Positions 13,087 to 26,330 of a stretch of DNA of 54,097 nucleotides are shown piece after piece (positions within the stretch are counted from its first letter, which is position 1; each line of letters opens with the position of its first letter). Origin of the DNA: Chromera velia (lineage: Eukaryota); contig JAHBMJ010000186.1 in the NCBI GenBank assembly GCA_018398765.1, positions 1-54,097 on the forward strand, in the 5' to 3' direction. The notes beneath the pieces were generated by a model, which saw only the letters and a program-made list of their open reading frames with translations, was not told the DNA's origin and ran no database searches. The position numbers and the translations under genes were made by a program.

Positions 13087-13468
13087 TGTTTGCAGGACAA
13101 CTTGGTCAGCGCTCGGGGACGCACAGAAAGAAGCGCTACCTACCTGCCAGATTCATGCAGCCGGAATTCAGTGCCGCCTCTGCAGGGAGGAGCGTTCACA
13201 CCCCTAGTGGCAATTCATAGATCCCGATTCACTTGAAGTCCATTTAATTCAATTCAATTCAAAGCGTCAGGTGTGAATGTAATGTGTGGCCAGAATTGCT
13301 TCTTTTGTCCGGATGGAAAGAAAAACACGAAAGTGCGAGAATCAGATTGATGTCTTACAGCTAGATTCCGCAACAAAACACATGTGTGACTGCTTGATGC
13401 CTGTTGATCACCATATCTCTCATACGCTCTCTCTATCTGTCCTTTTGTCTGTCTATCTATCTGTCTGC

Positions 13469-13526
<58 letters not shown>

Positions 13527-14742
13527 GTCATGGGAACACGAACGATGAACTGTCACCGAGAAAAGTGGGCGGCGCAATCAACTCAAGAAACGTGATCAAA
13601 GCCTCAGCGGGAAGGCATCACACGGGCGCTGTTACAGATGGAGGAGAGCTTTACTTGTGGGGACTTGGGGCAGATGGGCGTTTGGGGACCGGAAATTTCG
13701 ATAACCAGAATCGACCCGAGGAGGTTCGTCTGGAGAGCACCTTTCTGCCTGCACGTGCAACTCGATCTTGCATGAATGTTCTTACGCATCTTTTGCCATA
13801 TTGCTGGGCAAACGTTTTGTTTTCTGTCTCTTCTCCTTTTCGTGCAACAAAAATGAAGCTCGGCTTCCGAAACTCCATCGGTGTCTGTTTGAGGGGCATG
13901 TGAGACCAGTCACTTGCTCACACGTTCTTGGACGCTTTGCATGTGTATACAACATTTCGCGGGGTCCTTCAACTTCTTTCGAAAGAGGGCAGCTCTTCAT
14001 TTGGTATGGGTCTCTCGCTCAGGTGTGTTCCCCTCATTGCCTTTTGTGCCCCTGAGCAAATTGACCCATTTTTTAAAAAAACAAATCATGCGTGAGGTTC
14101 TGGATGAAACTGGGTTGTGGTCTTCATGTTTTCACGCAGGACTTAATTCACGCTCAGATTTTGTGCCTGCCTGCGCTCTCAGGTTACAGTCGGTGGTGAG
14201 ACGTTTGTGAATGTAGCTTTGGGAGAAGAGTTTTCCTTGGCGCTTTCTGCAAGCGGGAAGGTGTATTCGTTTGGGAAAAACGATCAGGGACAGCTCGGTG
14301 ATGGTACCACAACGAGCAGAAACACACCGATAGAAGTCATTCCGTCAGAAGCAACAGCTATTGCAGCCGGTCGGTGGAGCACGAAAGGCAGAGAGAACAA
14401 AGAAAGGAAGGAAACAAACAGACGAGGGGAAAGCAAGCAAGAAGAAAAGAGGAGAGAAAGAACGAAGGAGAAAAGCTAAACAAAGGACTAGACAAATGAG
14501 GAGAGAGGGCGAGTGAGGGAGGGAGGGATAGAGAGAGACGGAGAGAAAGAAAGAGAAAGAGAGAAGCAGAAAAAAGGAAAAAAGAGAACAGAGAAAACAA
14601 AAGAAAGAAATGAATAAAGAAAGAAAGAAAGAAAGAAAGAAAAAAGGAAAGAAAGAAAGAGAGAAAGAAAGAAAGAAAGAAAGAAAGAAAGGAAGGAAGG
14701 AAGGAAGGAAGAAATAAAGAAAGGAAGGAAGAAAGAAAGGGA

Positions 14743-14776
<34 letters not shown>

Positions 14777-14846
14777 GAGAAAGAAAGAAAGAAAGAAAGG
14801 AAGGAAGGAAGGAAGGAAGAAAGAAAGGAAGGAAGAAAGAAAGGGA

Positions 14847-14880
<34 letters not shown>

Positions 14881-14916
14881 ATGAATGAATAAATGAATGA
14901 ATGAATGAATGACGGA

Positions 14917-14947
<31 letters not shown>

Positions 14948-14984
14948 GAAGGAAGGAAGGAAGGGAGGGAGGAAGAAAGAAAAA

Positions 14985-15015
<31 letters not shown>

Positions 15016-15018
15016 GGA

Positions 15019-15052
<34 letters not shown>

Positions 15053-15189
15053 ATGAATGAATGAATAAATGAATGAATGAATGAATGAATGAAAGAATGA
15101 ATGAATGAATGAATGAATGACGGAAAGAAGGAAAGAAAGAAAGAAAGAAAGAATTATATTAAAGAAAGAAAGAACGAACGAACGAACGA

Positions 15190-15224
<35 letters not shown>

Positions 15225-17237
15225 GACGAAATCAACGAAAGAAGGGGATTGCCTCTTTTTCAATCCGTCTCTCTTGACGCTCATCGCCACTCTCAAGTCC
15301 ATCCCTCCCTCTCGTGTCTGCCTGCAGGGAGACTGCACAGCGTCGCTTTGATTTCCGACGGCTCCGTCAGGGTGTGGGGGGACAATTCAAGTGGACAGTT
15401 AGGTCTTGGAGACACCACCGACCGCCTCTCTCCGACCACTGTGGGCGGTGTCACGGACGTGTCTCACGTAAGCAAGCCGCCACTTCGGGATAGGTGACGT
15501 ATTCAAAAACTCGTCTGTGCGAACAACGAAAGCAGAGGCCTCCCTCAGCTTTTTTTCTTGTTCCTTCCGCATCTTTGCCAGCGTTGCAGATCGAGTGAGG
15601 CCTCGAAGAGCTTTGGTTGGACAAGCGAGAGAGCTGGTCTTCTTCCCAAATTCCGTTCGGTGCTTTCTCCACTGTTCTGTCATTTTCTGATTTCCTGTGT
15701 TCCATAGTGATCGCAAAGAAATGGCAAATACCTCCTTCCCCTGTCTCAACCCCTCCATACTTCTAATAGTCGCGCCGACTGATTTTATAAGGTGCTTATC
15801 GAGCCTTACTTTCCCGTGTTTGGTCTCTGAATTATGTATGCAGATCTCGGCGGGGAGTTCGCACACTGTTTTTGTGTTCTCTTACGGAAGTGTGTCGGGA
15901 GTAGGAGCGAACTCGTTCGGGCAGCTCGGCGTGGGGAATACCGATAACGTGACGAGTCTGGTTCAAAGTCTGGGTACGTCAGCAGAGAGAGCACTTTGAA
16001 GTAAGAAGGATAAACAAATCGGATACTGGATGAGTACATGTCTGCATGGGGGGGTTGCATATGTGGGCTCCTGTGTTCGAGAAAAAAAAGAAGCAGAAGC
16101 AGGAAGAGAAGAAAGGAGCAGAGAAGGAACCCGTGCAAATGCCCGGTCTTCTAAGTCAGGTAGTATGAGGTGTCAAGAAAACGATTGGAAGTCCGCTGCG
16201 AAAACCTCCCTCCCTGCCTGCTTGCCTGCCTGCCTGGTTACATGTTTGCATCCCTGTTTCTGCGCGTCTCCCTTCCGGCTTGTGTTTGCCTGTCTACCTA
16301 CCTGATTGATTGCCTGCGCAGAGTTTGCCAACTGCCCTGCATTTTTCTTACAACGGCGTTATGTGTCCATGGAATGTTCGTTTCACATGGGAAATGAATG
16401 CAGCTTTTGGAAACGCCACTGACGAGTGCACTGGGGGCACCCACAATTGCAACGCGAACGCTGCATGCACAGACACCGCCCCATCCTTCACGTGTGCATG
16501 CAACAACGGGTACAATGGGGACGGTATCTCTTGCACAGGTCAGTCTTTTTACTACACGTATCAGTCAGTGTCTATCGTTCAGTCTGAGAGAACAACACAC
16601 CAACAAAGAGAGTCTTACAAGAAAACAAAGAAAAATTGTACAGTCTATCTCTTCTCAAGAGGGACATAAGAAACCGAAGTGAGAGGTTGCTCTGCAAAGT
16701 TGAGTCCACTTTGAAAAATCAGCATATACGTCTGTAGAATATCGAAGAGCGGAACTTACTGGCCCGTGGGTCCAATTATCTTCAGCTAGAGCTCTACAGA
16801 ATCGAAAACACTTCGATCTGAGTGACCACTCTGTCTCTCTTATAGACCTTTCGATCACTCCCCCTCAGAGATCCTTCTCTTCCCCTCTCTGTCTGTCTAT
16901 CCATCAAACTTTTCAGCTTTTTCGGTCTGTCTGTGTCTGATGAGGTGCATCCGCGTTCGTTTGTCGCCATCTATATTTAGTCCTTTCTTCAACCAAAGTC
17001 TCCTTTTGTTGTATTCACATTTTCGCCATCTCTCGCTTCGTTTTTTTCTTCTGTACCCATCAGTCGGATCTTCTCTTTCTTTCTTTCTTTCTTTCTCTCT
17101 TCCTTTCTTTCTTTCTTTCTTTCTTTTTCTCTGTCTGTCTGTCTTTCTTTCTTTCTTTCTCTCTGTCTTTCTTTCTCTCTTTCTTTCTTTCTTTCTTTCT
17201 CTCTTTCTTTCTTTCTTTTTCTCTTTCTTTCTTTCTC

Positions 17238-17269
<32 letters not shown>

Positions 17270-17274
17270 TCCTC

Positions 17275-17306
<32 letters not shown>

Positions 17307-17316
17307 TTTCTCTTTC

Positions 17317-17402
<86 letters not shown>

Positions 17403-20400
17403 TCGATAAGTGAACAGATGTCTGGGAGTGTATTATTTTGTTTTCCTTCAGATATTCTGACTCAGACTCTTGGGGGACCGCTGAACACACCCATATTTAC
17501 AACATTATACAAGCAGCTTTTATTTCTCTGTCCGCTCCCTGACCTCTGCCTCTTTGTCTGCCTACCTCCATGTATGGCCAACAGACGTGGACGAGTGTGG
17601 CACCGGTGTGCACAACTGCGCGGGGGGGAATTCGACATGCTCAGATACCGTCGGGTCCTTTACGTGTGCGTGCAACTCTGGGTTCACAGGGGACGGGGTC
17701 ACATCTTGCACCGGTCAGTGATAGAGTGTAGGAAAGGCGTTGTTCAATAGAGGGTCTGTCTGTTCTGTTCTGTACTCCCTTCAAATTCAAAATATTTCCA
17801 TCCATTCGGATGCCTTTGCGGGACTTTTTGTCAAACGTTCTGCCTATTTGTCTGTTTGGCTGGCTGTCTGTCCTTTTCTCGAAAGGAAGAGGAAAAACTA
17901 ACATACAGTCTGTCCTCTTTTCCTGCTTCTGTCTGTTCTTTTCTGTTCTCGTCCATTTTTGTGTCTGTCTATATGTCTGTCTGAATGTCGGTCTTTCTCT
18001 CCGTCAGCCTGCCTATCCGAGGGTTTGGGTCCGTCTGTTTGCCTTCCTATCCGTCTCTACATCTGCTTTTCCGTTTTCCTTTTGTCGACATGTCTTCTTT
18101 GAGTTGTCTGTTTGTTCAAATGGCCGCCTTTCTGTGGGGGTCTCTGCTTACCTGTCTCTATGTTTGCTCGTACGGTTTTCTGTCTGTGAAGCAGATGCAT
18201 TCGGTCATTAATTCTTGTCCATCCCTCCACCAAACATGCATCGTGCAGCTTCTGCATGGGGTGTCACTGACGAGTGCACTGAGGGTTCCCACAACTGCAA
18301 CGCGAATGCCGTCTGTAAGGACACAGCCCCCTCTTTCACATGCGCATGCAACGACGGGTATGGCGGAGACGGCATCAGTTGCACAGGTCTGTTTTTTCTC
18401 TGCCCATTAGAGAACAAAAGGTCAAAAGAGTAGAGAGAGAGGAAAGATGACAGAAAACTACTGCACTACAAGTGGAAATCAATGCCAGCGGAAAGAAGAG
18501 ATAAGAGCGCACCTGCTGCACCATTGACAAACAAACGTGCATGAACGAACGAATGAATGAATAAGTGAATGAATGAATGAATGAATGAATGAATGAATGA
18601 ATGAATGAATGCCCCTATTTGATCGATATGCTGCACCTAGGGTCGGAGCAAGTGACCGCGCTTACAGAGATGGATCTTTCAATTGTGATGTTCGTTTCGC
18701 TTTGTTGCGTTTCTTTTTTCCGCATGGAGTCCCTATTCCCCCCACTTATGCATGCATCGATTGATCTGTAGATGGAAATATGAGTAGCATTCTTGTATGC
18801 AATCATGTGCACAGGGGAAATCGCTGTTGTTGAAGCAGCGGCGCCCTTTGAAGACTCTGAAGCCATCCTTGAGGTGAGGCTGCAGGAGGGAGGAGCCCCG
18901 TGCAGAATCTTTACAGACCGAACATTCTTAATCTGTCGCCAAGCATCTGGTGTCACTGAATTGTCAGAGCTGCGTACCTAACTCCTCTCTTTCTTCCAAC
19001 CAATCAATTTTGCCTTCTGCTTCCACCGATCGATCCATTCCACTCAGGCCGTATGCCTTGTGGCTTTCTTTTTCCTCCCTTTATCTCACTGACTCTCCGA
19101 CACGTTCCGCTTTGAGTTAGATCTTGAAGCAATCACTTTTGGCGAACTGTACACAATTTTACTTCATCCTCTTGTCTCGTTATTCCCTTCACGCCTGATC
19201 CCCTCCCACCCCCCATTTCTGTGCAGCGTGGTCGCGCAGAGGCCGAAACGCTCGAAAAGGCGTTCGACGACGCAGAGAGTGAGGCCGGGGGGCAGGGCAC
19301 GGTTGTCAATCCCTTGACGCTACGAGAGCTCGCAACTCTTTCACGGGAGGTGGTGGAGCTCGTCGCCACAATCTCTCTTCCGGAAATTCCTGTGGCCCTC
19401 GAGGACATCGGAAGCAAGGGGGTAGCAGAGAAGACAGCTGCAGTCAACAAGCAGGCAGAGACGGAGGAAAAGGTCAGAATGGGCTGCAGGAATCTTCCAT
19501 CTCTCTGTTTATCCCCATAGGCATTTCTCCGTGACTGAGATGAGTGGTGCAGACCCGCGAAAGTGTCCCGCTCACATTTACAGTCCTGACAGGTTTTGTT
19601 ATCGTTCATTTCGCGTCCTTGCTTGCCACTGTTTTTGGCTTGTTTGTGCACGTCTGTCTCTATTTCCTCTCTCGGAGACTTACGACGCTGTTTCGTGTTT
19701 GTGTTTGTTTGTTCCACATGAGTTTTTACGCGGAGTCGTTGTGGCGGCTCTCAGTATAGGTGTCTGCAAACACGTATCTTGGTCTACTGCAAGTTGGACG
19801 TGTCTCCCTCCTCCTGAATTCTTTGTGAATGAGGATGCATGCAGGTGTCCAAAGTTGTTGCCGGTTTGACTGGACGGGTTCGAGACGCCTTCAGGTCTTC
19901 ACCCACCCTTCTGAAGGACAGTCCCGACCTTGAGGCAGCAGCAGACGACCTCTGGTATGTGACGCGGAGACTTTCCACGTCTCTTGGCGAACTCACAAAA
20001 CTGGCAGGCACAGGCAGACAGGCGGCAGAGAACGGAGTAGCGACGGATTCGGACAGCGCTGTTGCCTCCCGAGAGGCCGGGCTTCAGCGGATCAGCTCCA
20101 ATGTGCTGACTGCAGTCGATGCCTTCAGTCAGTCAATCAGTATCTCTTTCAACAGCGCATTCTCATCGTTTTGGTTTTCCTGTGAAAGATGTGGCTCTTT
20201 GCATACATTCACATTGGGTGTCCTTTTTGTTTCTTTCTTTTTCCTTTTCCTTTTCGTCCGTCCGTTCTCTCTCCTATAGCTTGCTTTTTGCTCTCGTTTC
20301 GTTGCACTCAACTCATCTGTACCTCCCCCTCTGGCTCGCAAATCATTTCAAGTCTAAAAAGGACGCAAATGATTATTTTCTACTCAAACTTCCTCCTTTC

Positions 20401-23400
20401 TGCCCGCTGTCTTTGCTTCGTTGATCCAGCTGAGATCACCGAAAGCCGCCTGGACGCTGACCCCGAACTTCAGAAGGCAGGCGGCGCCTTCCTGGAGTCC
20501 AGAGAGATTCTCATCGCTGTGAACAGATTGCAGCAACAAGAAGAGGAAGCGTCTGCAGGGGGACAGGGAGAGGATTTGGGGATTGTGTTTCCGCAGGGAG
20601 TGCGCATTGTGTTTTCTCACGAGAACGGAGGGGGGGGCAGTCGAGGGTTTCTCTCAGCCCTGTTGGAAGAAAACGGCCTAAACCCTTCATGCTCTTCTGG
20701 AGAGAGTGCTTTTCCGTCTCTTACAATGGTCGCGTGGTCCGTAGGTCCCTGGGATTTCTCTGTGGGAAGCAGGGGCGTGAAGGGAGGCACGTCGACAGTC
20801 TCTCTGAGGGTGTGTGGTCAGACCGTTCAGATACCGTCTGGGCAGAAGAGGAGAAGGAGAAAGCTCCAATTTGAGGAAGGAGAAGAGAGAGAAGGGAAGG
20901 TGGAGAGGAGTCTGACATCTTCAGACCAGGGGAGATTCCTGGTTGATCTGCTTCTCTTGGAAAACAGAGAAGCAGATGCGGGAGTGGGACAACCGTTCGA
21001 CTTTGGCAGGGTTCGTCTCTCTTCTCCTTCTGCTGCTGCTGTTTTGACGTTTTGCTCACCACCGGCCCATTGACTCATTAGCCTCATACTTTGTTTTGTG
21101 TCCCCATGCTTCATTGCTTGGTTTCTAAATGAGGGTATGCACCCTCGTGGTTTGTGTTTTTCTGTCAGAAGAAGTCTTTTTTCCTTATCTTGCCGATGCC
21201 ATTGTAACACACTCAGCGTGATCATTGCTTGTTTGCTCTGCACATGTATTAATACATGGTGATTCAACGTGAATGCAGGGATGTCATTTCTGGGATGAGA
21301 GCGCAGGCAAATGGTCTTCCGATGGATGCTATGGGCTCGGCAGCAACGGGACCCATCTCCACTGCAGATGCTCCCATCTGACCGATTTTGTGTCACTTCA
21401 GTCTGATTCTCTCGCCGTCGTTTCGAGTTTGAACGTTGGTGTCTTCTCTGATTTTGAGAAGGCGGCGGAGAATTTGCACGCAGACAACGTGGCCATGTGG
21501 CTGGTCACAGGGACGCTGATGTTTTGCTTTGCCCTCCTGCTTCGCGCGGCCTTGCTGGACTGCTGCCGTCCTTTGCCTCACCAGAAGGCAGAAGGGAGAG
21601 TGGACGCTCTTGTGGGCAACGACGCGATTCTCGGTGGGTCTTCAGAGGGACTGCTTGCCATCGTAGGTAACCTTGATTGTGTGCACTCATGCGGGAAACT
21701 GCAGCGTGTTCTTGTGAATGAAAATCTGTGGCTCCTTGAGGGTGGCATTTTAACCGTGTCAGTGGATATTTGCCGTTTGACTCTTGAAGAAATTGCGTGG
21801 CTTGCTGAGCGTGTGATTATGGACGTGTCATTGAAACTCTGTGGTTTAATTGATGGCTCTTCTCTCTCTTGCTCCGATCAGGTCGGCTTCTGGAGGGTCC
21901 ACCCGCTTGGCACTACTCTCGTATGAGCGCCTCGTGCTGTAAGTGCAAGGGACTTCGGAAGAATCTCCGCAAGATAAACCAGTGGCGGAAGCGAAACTGG
22001 TTCCGCGAGCTTGTAGCAAAACAGCACGTGAAAAAGCTCAAGGATGCCGACGCATGGGGAGGAGAGAAAAGCGTTGAGGTCTCGACCCTTCAAACTCTGC
22101 AAACCGCTGCAGAGAATGCAATCGGTGCCGGAATGACGCACGAGTCGCAGGATCTCGTTCTATGCCCCGATGGGACCTTTCTGGTCTTTTCAAACACCAG
22201 CGGTGTTGTGGTGAGGATCAGAGGTGAAGAGGGTAATGTGAATATGAACCACAGTGAGACTCAAATCGCAAGATCGCCTACAGAGTTGTCCACTGTGTCT
22301 GTCAGGATGGTTTCTTCGCTTCCTGTCGAAACAACGTTGAGAACCTCCTTCGAGCAGTGGCGGACTAGTGGAAGTCTGGTCTCGGAATTTGTCCCTCCCG
22401 AAAGGAAGTTCCAAAAAAATGTTTCTCTAAGGGAGAGAGTGATGACGTGCTTGGGGACTTCCCGGGTGTTTCCGGAACTTCTGAAGCTGAGAGAACGGGA
22501 GAGGCTCCGAAAAGAGCTTCGGGCAGCTGTTGTCATTCGCACATGGATCCGGAAACGAATCAAAGAGAGAAGAGATGAAAGGGAGAAAGAGGGAAACCAA
22601 GCCCAAAAGACACACTCCCCCCCTGCCATGCAATTAGTCGGGTACCCCTCTTCATTTCCGAACTCAATTCGCAGAAGGTCCTCATCTCTCCTTGGCCGGT
22701 CGTCGGTTTACCAGCAGAACCACTCACAAGCTGAGGAGGAAATGGGAGGTGAGAATGGTAAAAAGAAAGAATCTGAAGAAAGCTCTGAATGCTACGTGAG
22801 AGCAGCCGCACCACTCCCACTCAGTCCCCCTCCCTCCCAACGAAAGACGGACGTCAGCCTTCCCCCCGGACACCCAGACGATCCAATCGTGAGAGAGACG
22901 GGTGCTCAGGGGGGCAGAAGAGACGAAACGACCGGTCAAAAGAGAGACGTAAAAATGGACACACTCTCTGTCTCTTCATTTGTCAGTCATACCGTCACTG
23001 CAAGAGTCTGCGGCTTTTCACTTCCCTCTTCAGACTCTGTCTGGTCTGTCGCCGGATGGGCACCTCCCTCTGAGCAACGAAAGGGGGCGGAGAGTGAGGA
23101 TGGGGGGACTCCAGAGAGAGGCGTTGAGCTCTCCCTCTCTGTCTCTCTCGTCAAAGAGTCGGGCATCAGGGTAAGTCTGTCGCTCTGTCCAGCGGTCGGC
23201 CAGTCAGTCAGTCAGTCAGTTAGTCAGAGAGTCGATAATTACGTCCGTGATTCAGGCAGGCAGGCAGGCAGGCAGGCGGTCAATAGATGCTTAGGGCAAA
23301 AGGCATTCAGACGAAAAGCTATCGAAAGAAAAGATGGAAGCCGGCGGCCGGAAACGTGCTTCTTCATTTGGCCACGCAAATCGCTATCTCTGATCGGTTT

Positions 23401-26330
23401 CCCTCTTGAATGCATCGCTCTGCTGCCTTATTGAGAGACTAATTGCAAGTATTCTGCTGAAACCAGAGCTCTTTGTTGTCCACTTGGTTCACTCTCTGCA
23501 GATGTCTGTGGAAGCGGAGACACAAACCAAAAGGGCACCGCCACAGGCAGAAGCTCCGCACCCTATCCGCGCCCTTCCTCCCTATGTCCATCCGATGGTA
23601 TTCGAGAAGGACGGCGCCGTCTCCATTCCCTTCACACGAATTCTTCACGTTAGGCGTTTATCTGTTCTTGTCTGTCCTGACTCCGAGGAAGCCGGTGCAG
23701 ATGAAGAGAAGGGAGGGGAGCGGCAAGAGAGCGTCGTGCAGATTTTCTGCAAATTCGGGAAGAACAAATTCCTTCTACAGATGCGCAGTGGTCTCAGCAA
23801 CAATCGGGGGAATTCAACAGACCTCGAAACATTTGCATTCGAACTCTCCGAGCGACTGACGAAGATGCGGGAGGCGGCTAATCTCAGAAAAGCTCCGGAA
23901 TGGAGACGTCGAGAGCTCGCAGCACAAGAAACAGCAAGAGGTGTTCGTTCCTCTCTCTGGGACGTTCCTCGCTCCTTGTGGAAATCCTTCGTGAGAGATC
24001 ACCCGTTCGTCTATTTGGTCGACTGCTCGGAGGAGGGGGTGTCAAGGGTGGACAAGGCTCTGGTCACCTGTGCAGACATCGTCTTTACTCTGGCGGTCAG
24101 TGGGGACGAGGGACTTTGGCATTCATGAAGAGATCAATTTGCAGGTGCAAGTCGTCCTCAGAGCTTATGTCATTGCGATCGATCGATCAGAGAAAGTACG
24201 GTTGATTTCTTTCTCTTCTTTTCTCGTCGTGGCGCCCGTCGTTTTCCAAACCAGCCTTCAAATCAATCGATAAGGTACCCCATTCATACAAAATTGTCTT
24301 CGTAAATCAACGAATGCAGGTGATAGCAGTCTTTTTCGGAGCAGACGGAGAGCAGAGTGAGTACAACCCAGGAGATGCGGCCGTGGGGGAGATCCTCTCC
24401 TCGCTGCTGGGCGTTTTTTCGTCGATTGTCTCATGGAACTACAGGGTCGTTTTTGCAACCTTCCTCTCAGAGGTGATCTCTGTGATTCCTCTGACCATCA
24501 TAGAAGGGATGATCTACCGTCGCCCTCCCTTCATCACTCCACTCGCTCCACTCCTCGATGACCTCCAAACCGGAAGGCAACTGAAGATGTCCAAAGTTGA
24601 ACTTCTCATTCAACAGCAGGAAGCGAATAGACGGAGACGGATGCGACAGGTCACCGGAAGACTCAGCAGGTGAGTGGAGACGAGGAATCTCAGAAAGTTG
24701 TAATGAAAATCATTTACACATGCAGACTCACCTACTTCGGACAGAACGCTCAGTACGTACATAATTTTGCGGACAGTACCAGGGAGCAAATTCATTTGAA
24801 TTTTTTCGTCCGTTTTGACTCATGCGCACCTCTTCTGTCTCCTCAAAAGTTAGTCGTTCGCACGGACGGACCGGAACCCGACGAACATATTTGGTTCCTT
24901 TCCTCTCGTTCCATGCACTCCTCGAATATGTTCGTCTTCCAATTTGAACACAGGTTCGCCTCTCAAAACCTCATTCGCCTGAAATCATCTCTCAGCATGA
25001 GAGGGGGTCGGTCTGGAGCCTCAGAAGACGAGGTCGATACCCGGACGATTCGGCAAAATCAACTCAGGCACAACATGCGCAGGTCGACTGCTGATCAGTC
25101 TGAAGTCGCATTGCAATCAAGTGCAAAGAAAGAAGGGTTGGCAAACCCAGATGACAGGGAGAAAAAGAAGATGAGAGTAGCACCGTCATCAGAAGCGCTC
25201 AGACCGCCCACACGGGATGGAAGCCTGAGAAGAGAGAAAAGAAAACTCTGGCTTCTGCCCGCTGCACAGAGAGAAAAATATTTGAAGAGAGCGTTTGTCC
25301 TGCAATGGGTCGGGAGGGTTTTGGCCCTCCTGGTCTTCTTGTCTTCGGCCTATTATCTGTTCATGTTCTCACTTGTCTACGCGTCCACTCCCGACGATCT
25401 GAAGGGGTTCTTCACATCCTCCGGCTTCTGTTTCCTCATCGACAGCCTCGTCCGACCTCTCGCGGTCTCCTTCGTCGCAACCGCACTTACCAGAATGCTG
25501 GTTCGTCGTCCTTTGCCACCCCTTGCTCTACCATAGTCTGAGCATCTCCTCACAATGCAACTCTTCGCATCCCCTAGTTTTGCTTTCTCGAGTGCCCTCG
25601 TCGTCTTTGTAGGTTGTGATCATGCGCATATTTCTGTGAAAGTATCCGAGTTTGTGTTTCTATGAGCATGCATGCATGCATGCATGTGTGTGTGTGTGTG
25701 TGTGTGAGTGAGTGAGTGATGTCTGTGACAGAGCAAGCAGCTGTGGCCTTTACTCTTTTTTTTTTTCCATCATGCTTCTTCTGTTCCACTGTCTCTCTTG
25801 TTCATCTTGTCTTGTCGCAGGTCCGTCGAAATTCCCGTATCGCCGTGCGGGTGCTCTCCGGCTTCCCTGAGCTCTCCCACTTTTCCTCTCAGAAGTCTTC
25901 AGACACCCTCGATTCATCTGAGGGACAGGAAGAGTCTCTTCAGAGCTCTATCTTTCTGGTCGACGATTCGGGAGATGTCAACGTGAATGCAGAGGAGGAC
26001 GAGGAGAGACAAGAAGAAGCGTCGGATGAAGAAGAAGACGAAGAAGAGGAAGAGATTCCAAACGAGCCGGAGACAGTCCTCGAAATGATGCCATTAAGTC
26101 CGTCTCCAGCCTCAAAGAGGTCAATCAAGGTTCAGGATGCAGATTACGAGCGACCGCTTGCTGCCGTTCTCCCCTCTTCATGGAGAGGCCTGCAGACTCA
26201 GCAAGAGAGCCGAGAGAGTTCTGTGGTTGACCTAGAAGGACAACGGAATCCAAATCGGATGGCGAGCATGCAGAAATCGATGCTTCGCGTCATTGAGAAA
26301 CTGTCTCCCAAGAGCAATGGAGGAACATAA
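11864..26330 (+). CDS. Polycystin-1/REJ-like GPS membrane receptor with RCC1 beta-propeller and EGF repeats, ~2117 aa. Exons 11864-12018, 12115-12434, 13096-13104, 13527-13723, 14183-14369, 15328-15467, 15844-15973, 16404-16538, 17585-17713, 18249-18386, 18815-18873, 19227-19472, 19845-20127, 20430-21010, 21279-21633, 21882-23170, 23502-24095, 24320-24669, 24954-25500, 25821-26330
   Basis: Signal peptide (RLVFLLLLLFSPLFRSVSA); seven RCC1 repeats (H..........WG.N..GQLG); three DEC-type EGF domains; GPS motif CHFWDESAGKWSSDGC..HCRCSHLTDF followed by a TM; later PKD1-like segments DHPF..SRVDKALVTC..VIAVFFG and WVGRVLALLVF..FTSSGFCFLIDSLVRPL. The 20 exons sum to 6354 nt with every phase consistent. 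Confidence 0.85.
12752..12870. repeat. Intronic 39-bp minisatellite, ~3 copies
   Basis: Unit ATGCATGACTCTCTGCCGCCTGCCTGCCTGCCCGTCCAC starts at 12761, 12800 and 12839. Confidence 0.9.
13096..13104 (+). other. 9-nt microexon (GACAACTTG) of the RCC1-EGF-GPS gene
   Basis: TTTGCAG|GACAACTTG|GTCAGC, phase 1-1. It restores WSWGEGGSGQLGHG, the conserved GQLG of RCC1 blade 3. Confidence 0.85.
14480..15240. repeat. Long purine-rich compound microsatellite (GAAA/GGAA/GAAT)n in an intron
   Basis: Seen directly. It explains the FLSF/ERKK pseudo-ORFs. Confidence 0.95.
17070..17402. repeat. Pyrimidine-rich compound microsatellite (TTTC/CT/CTTA)n in an intron
   Basis: Seen directly. Confidence 0.95.
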
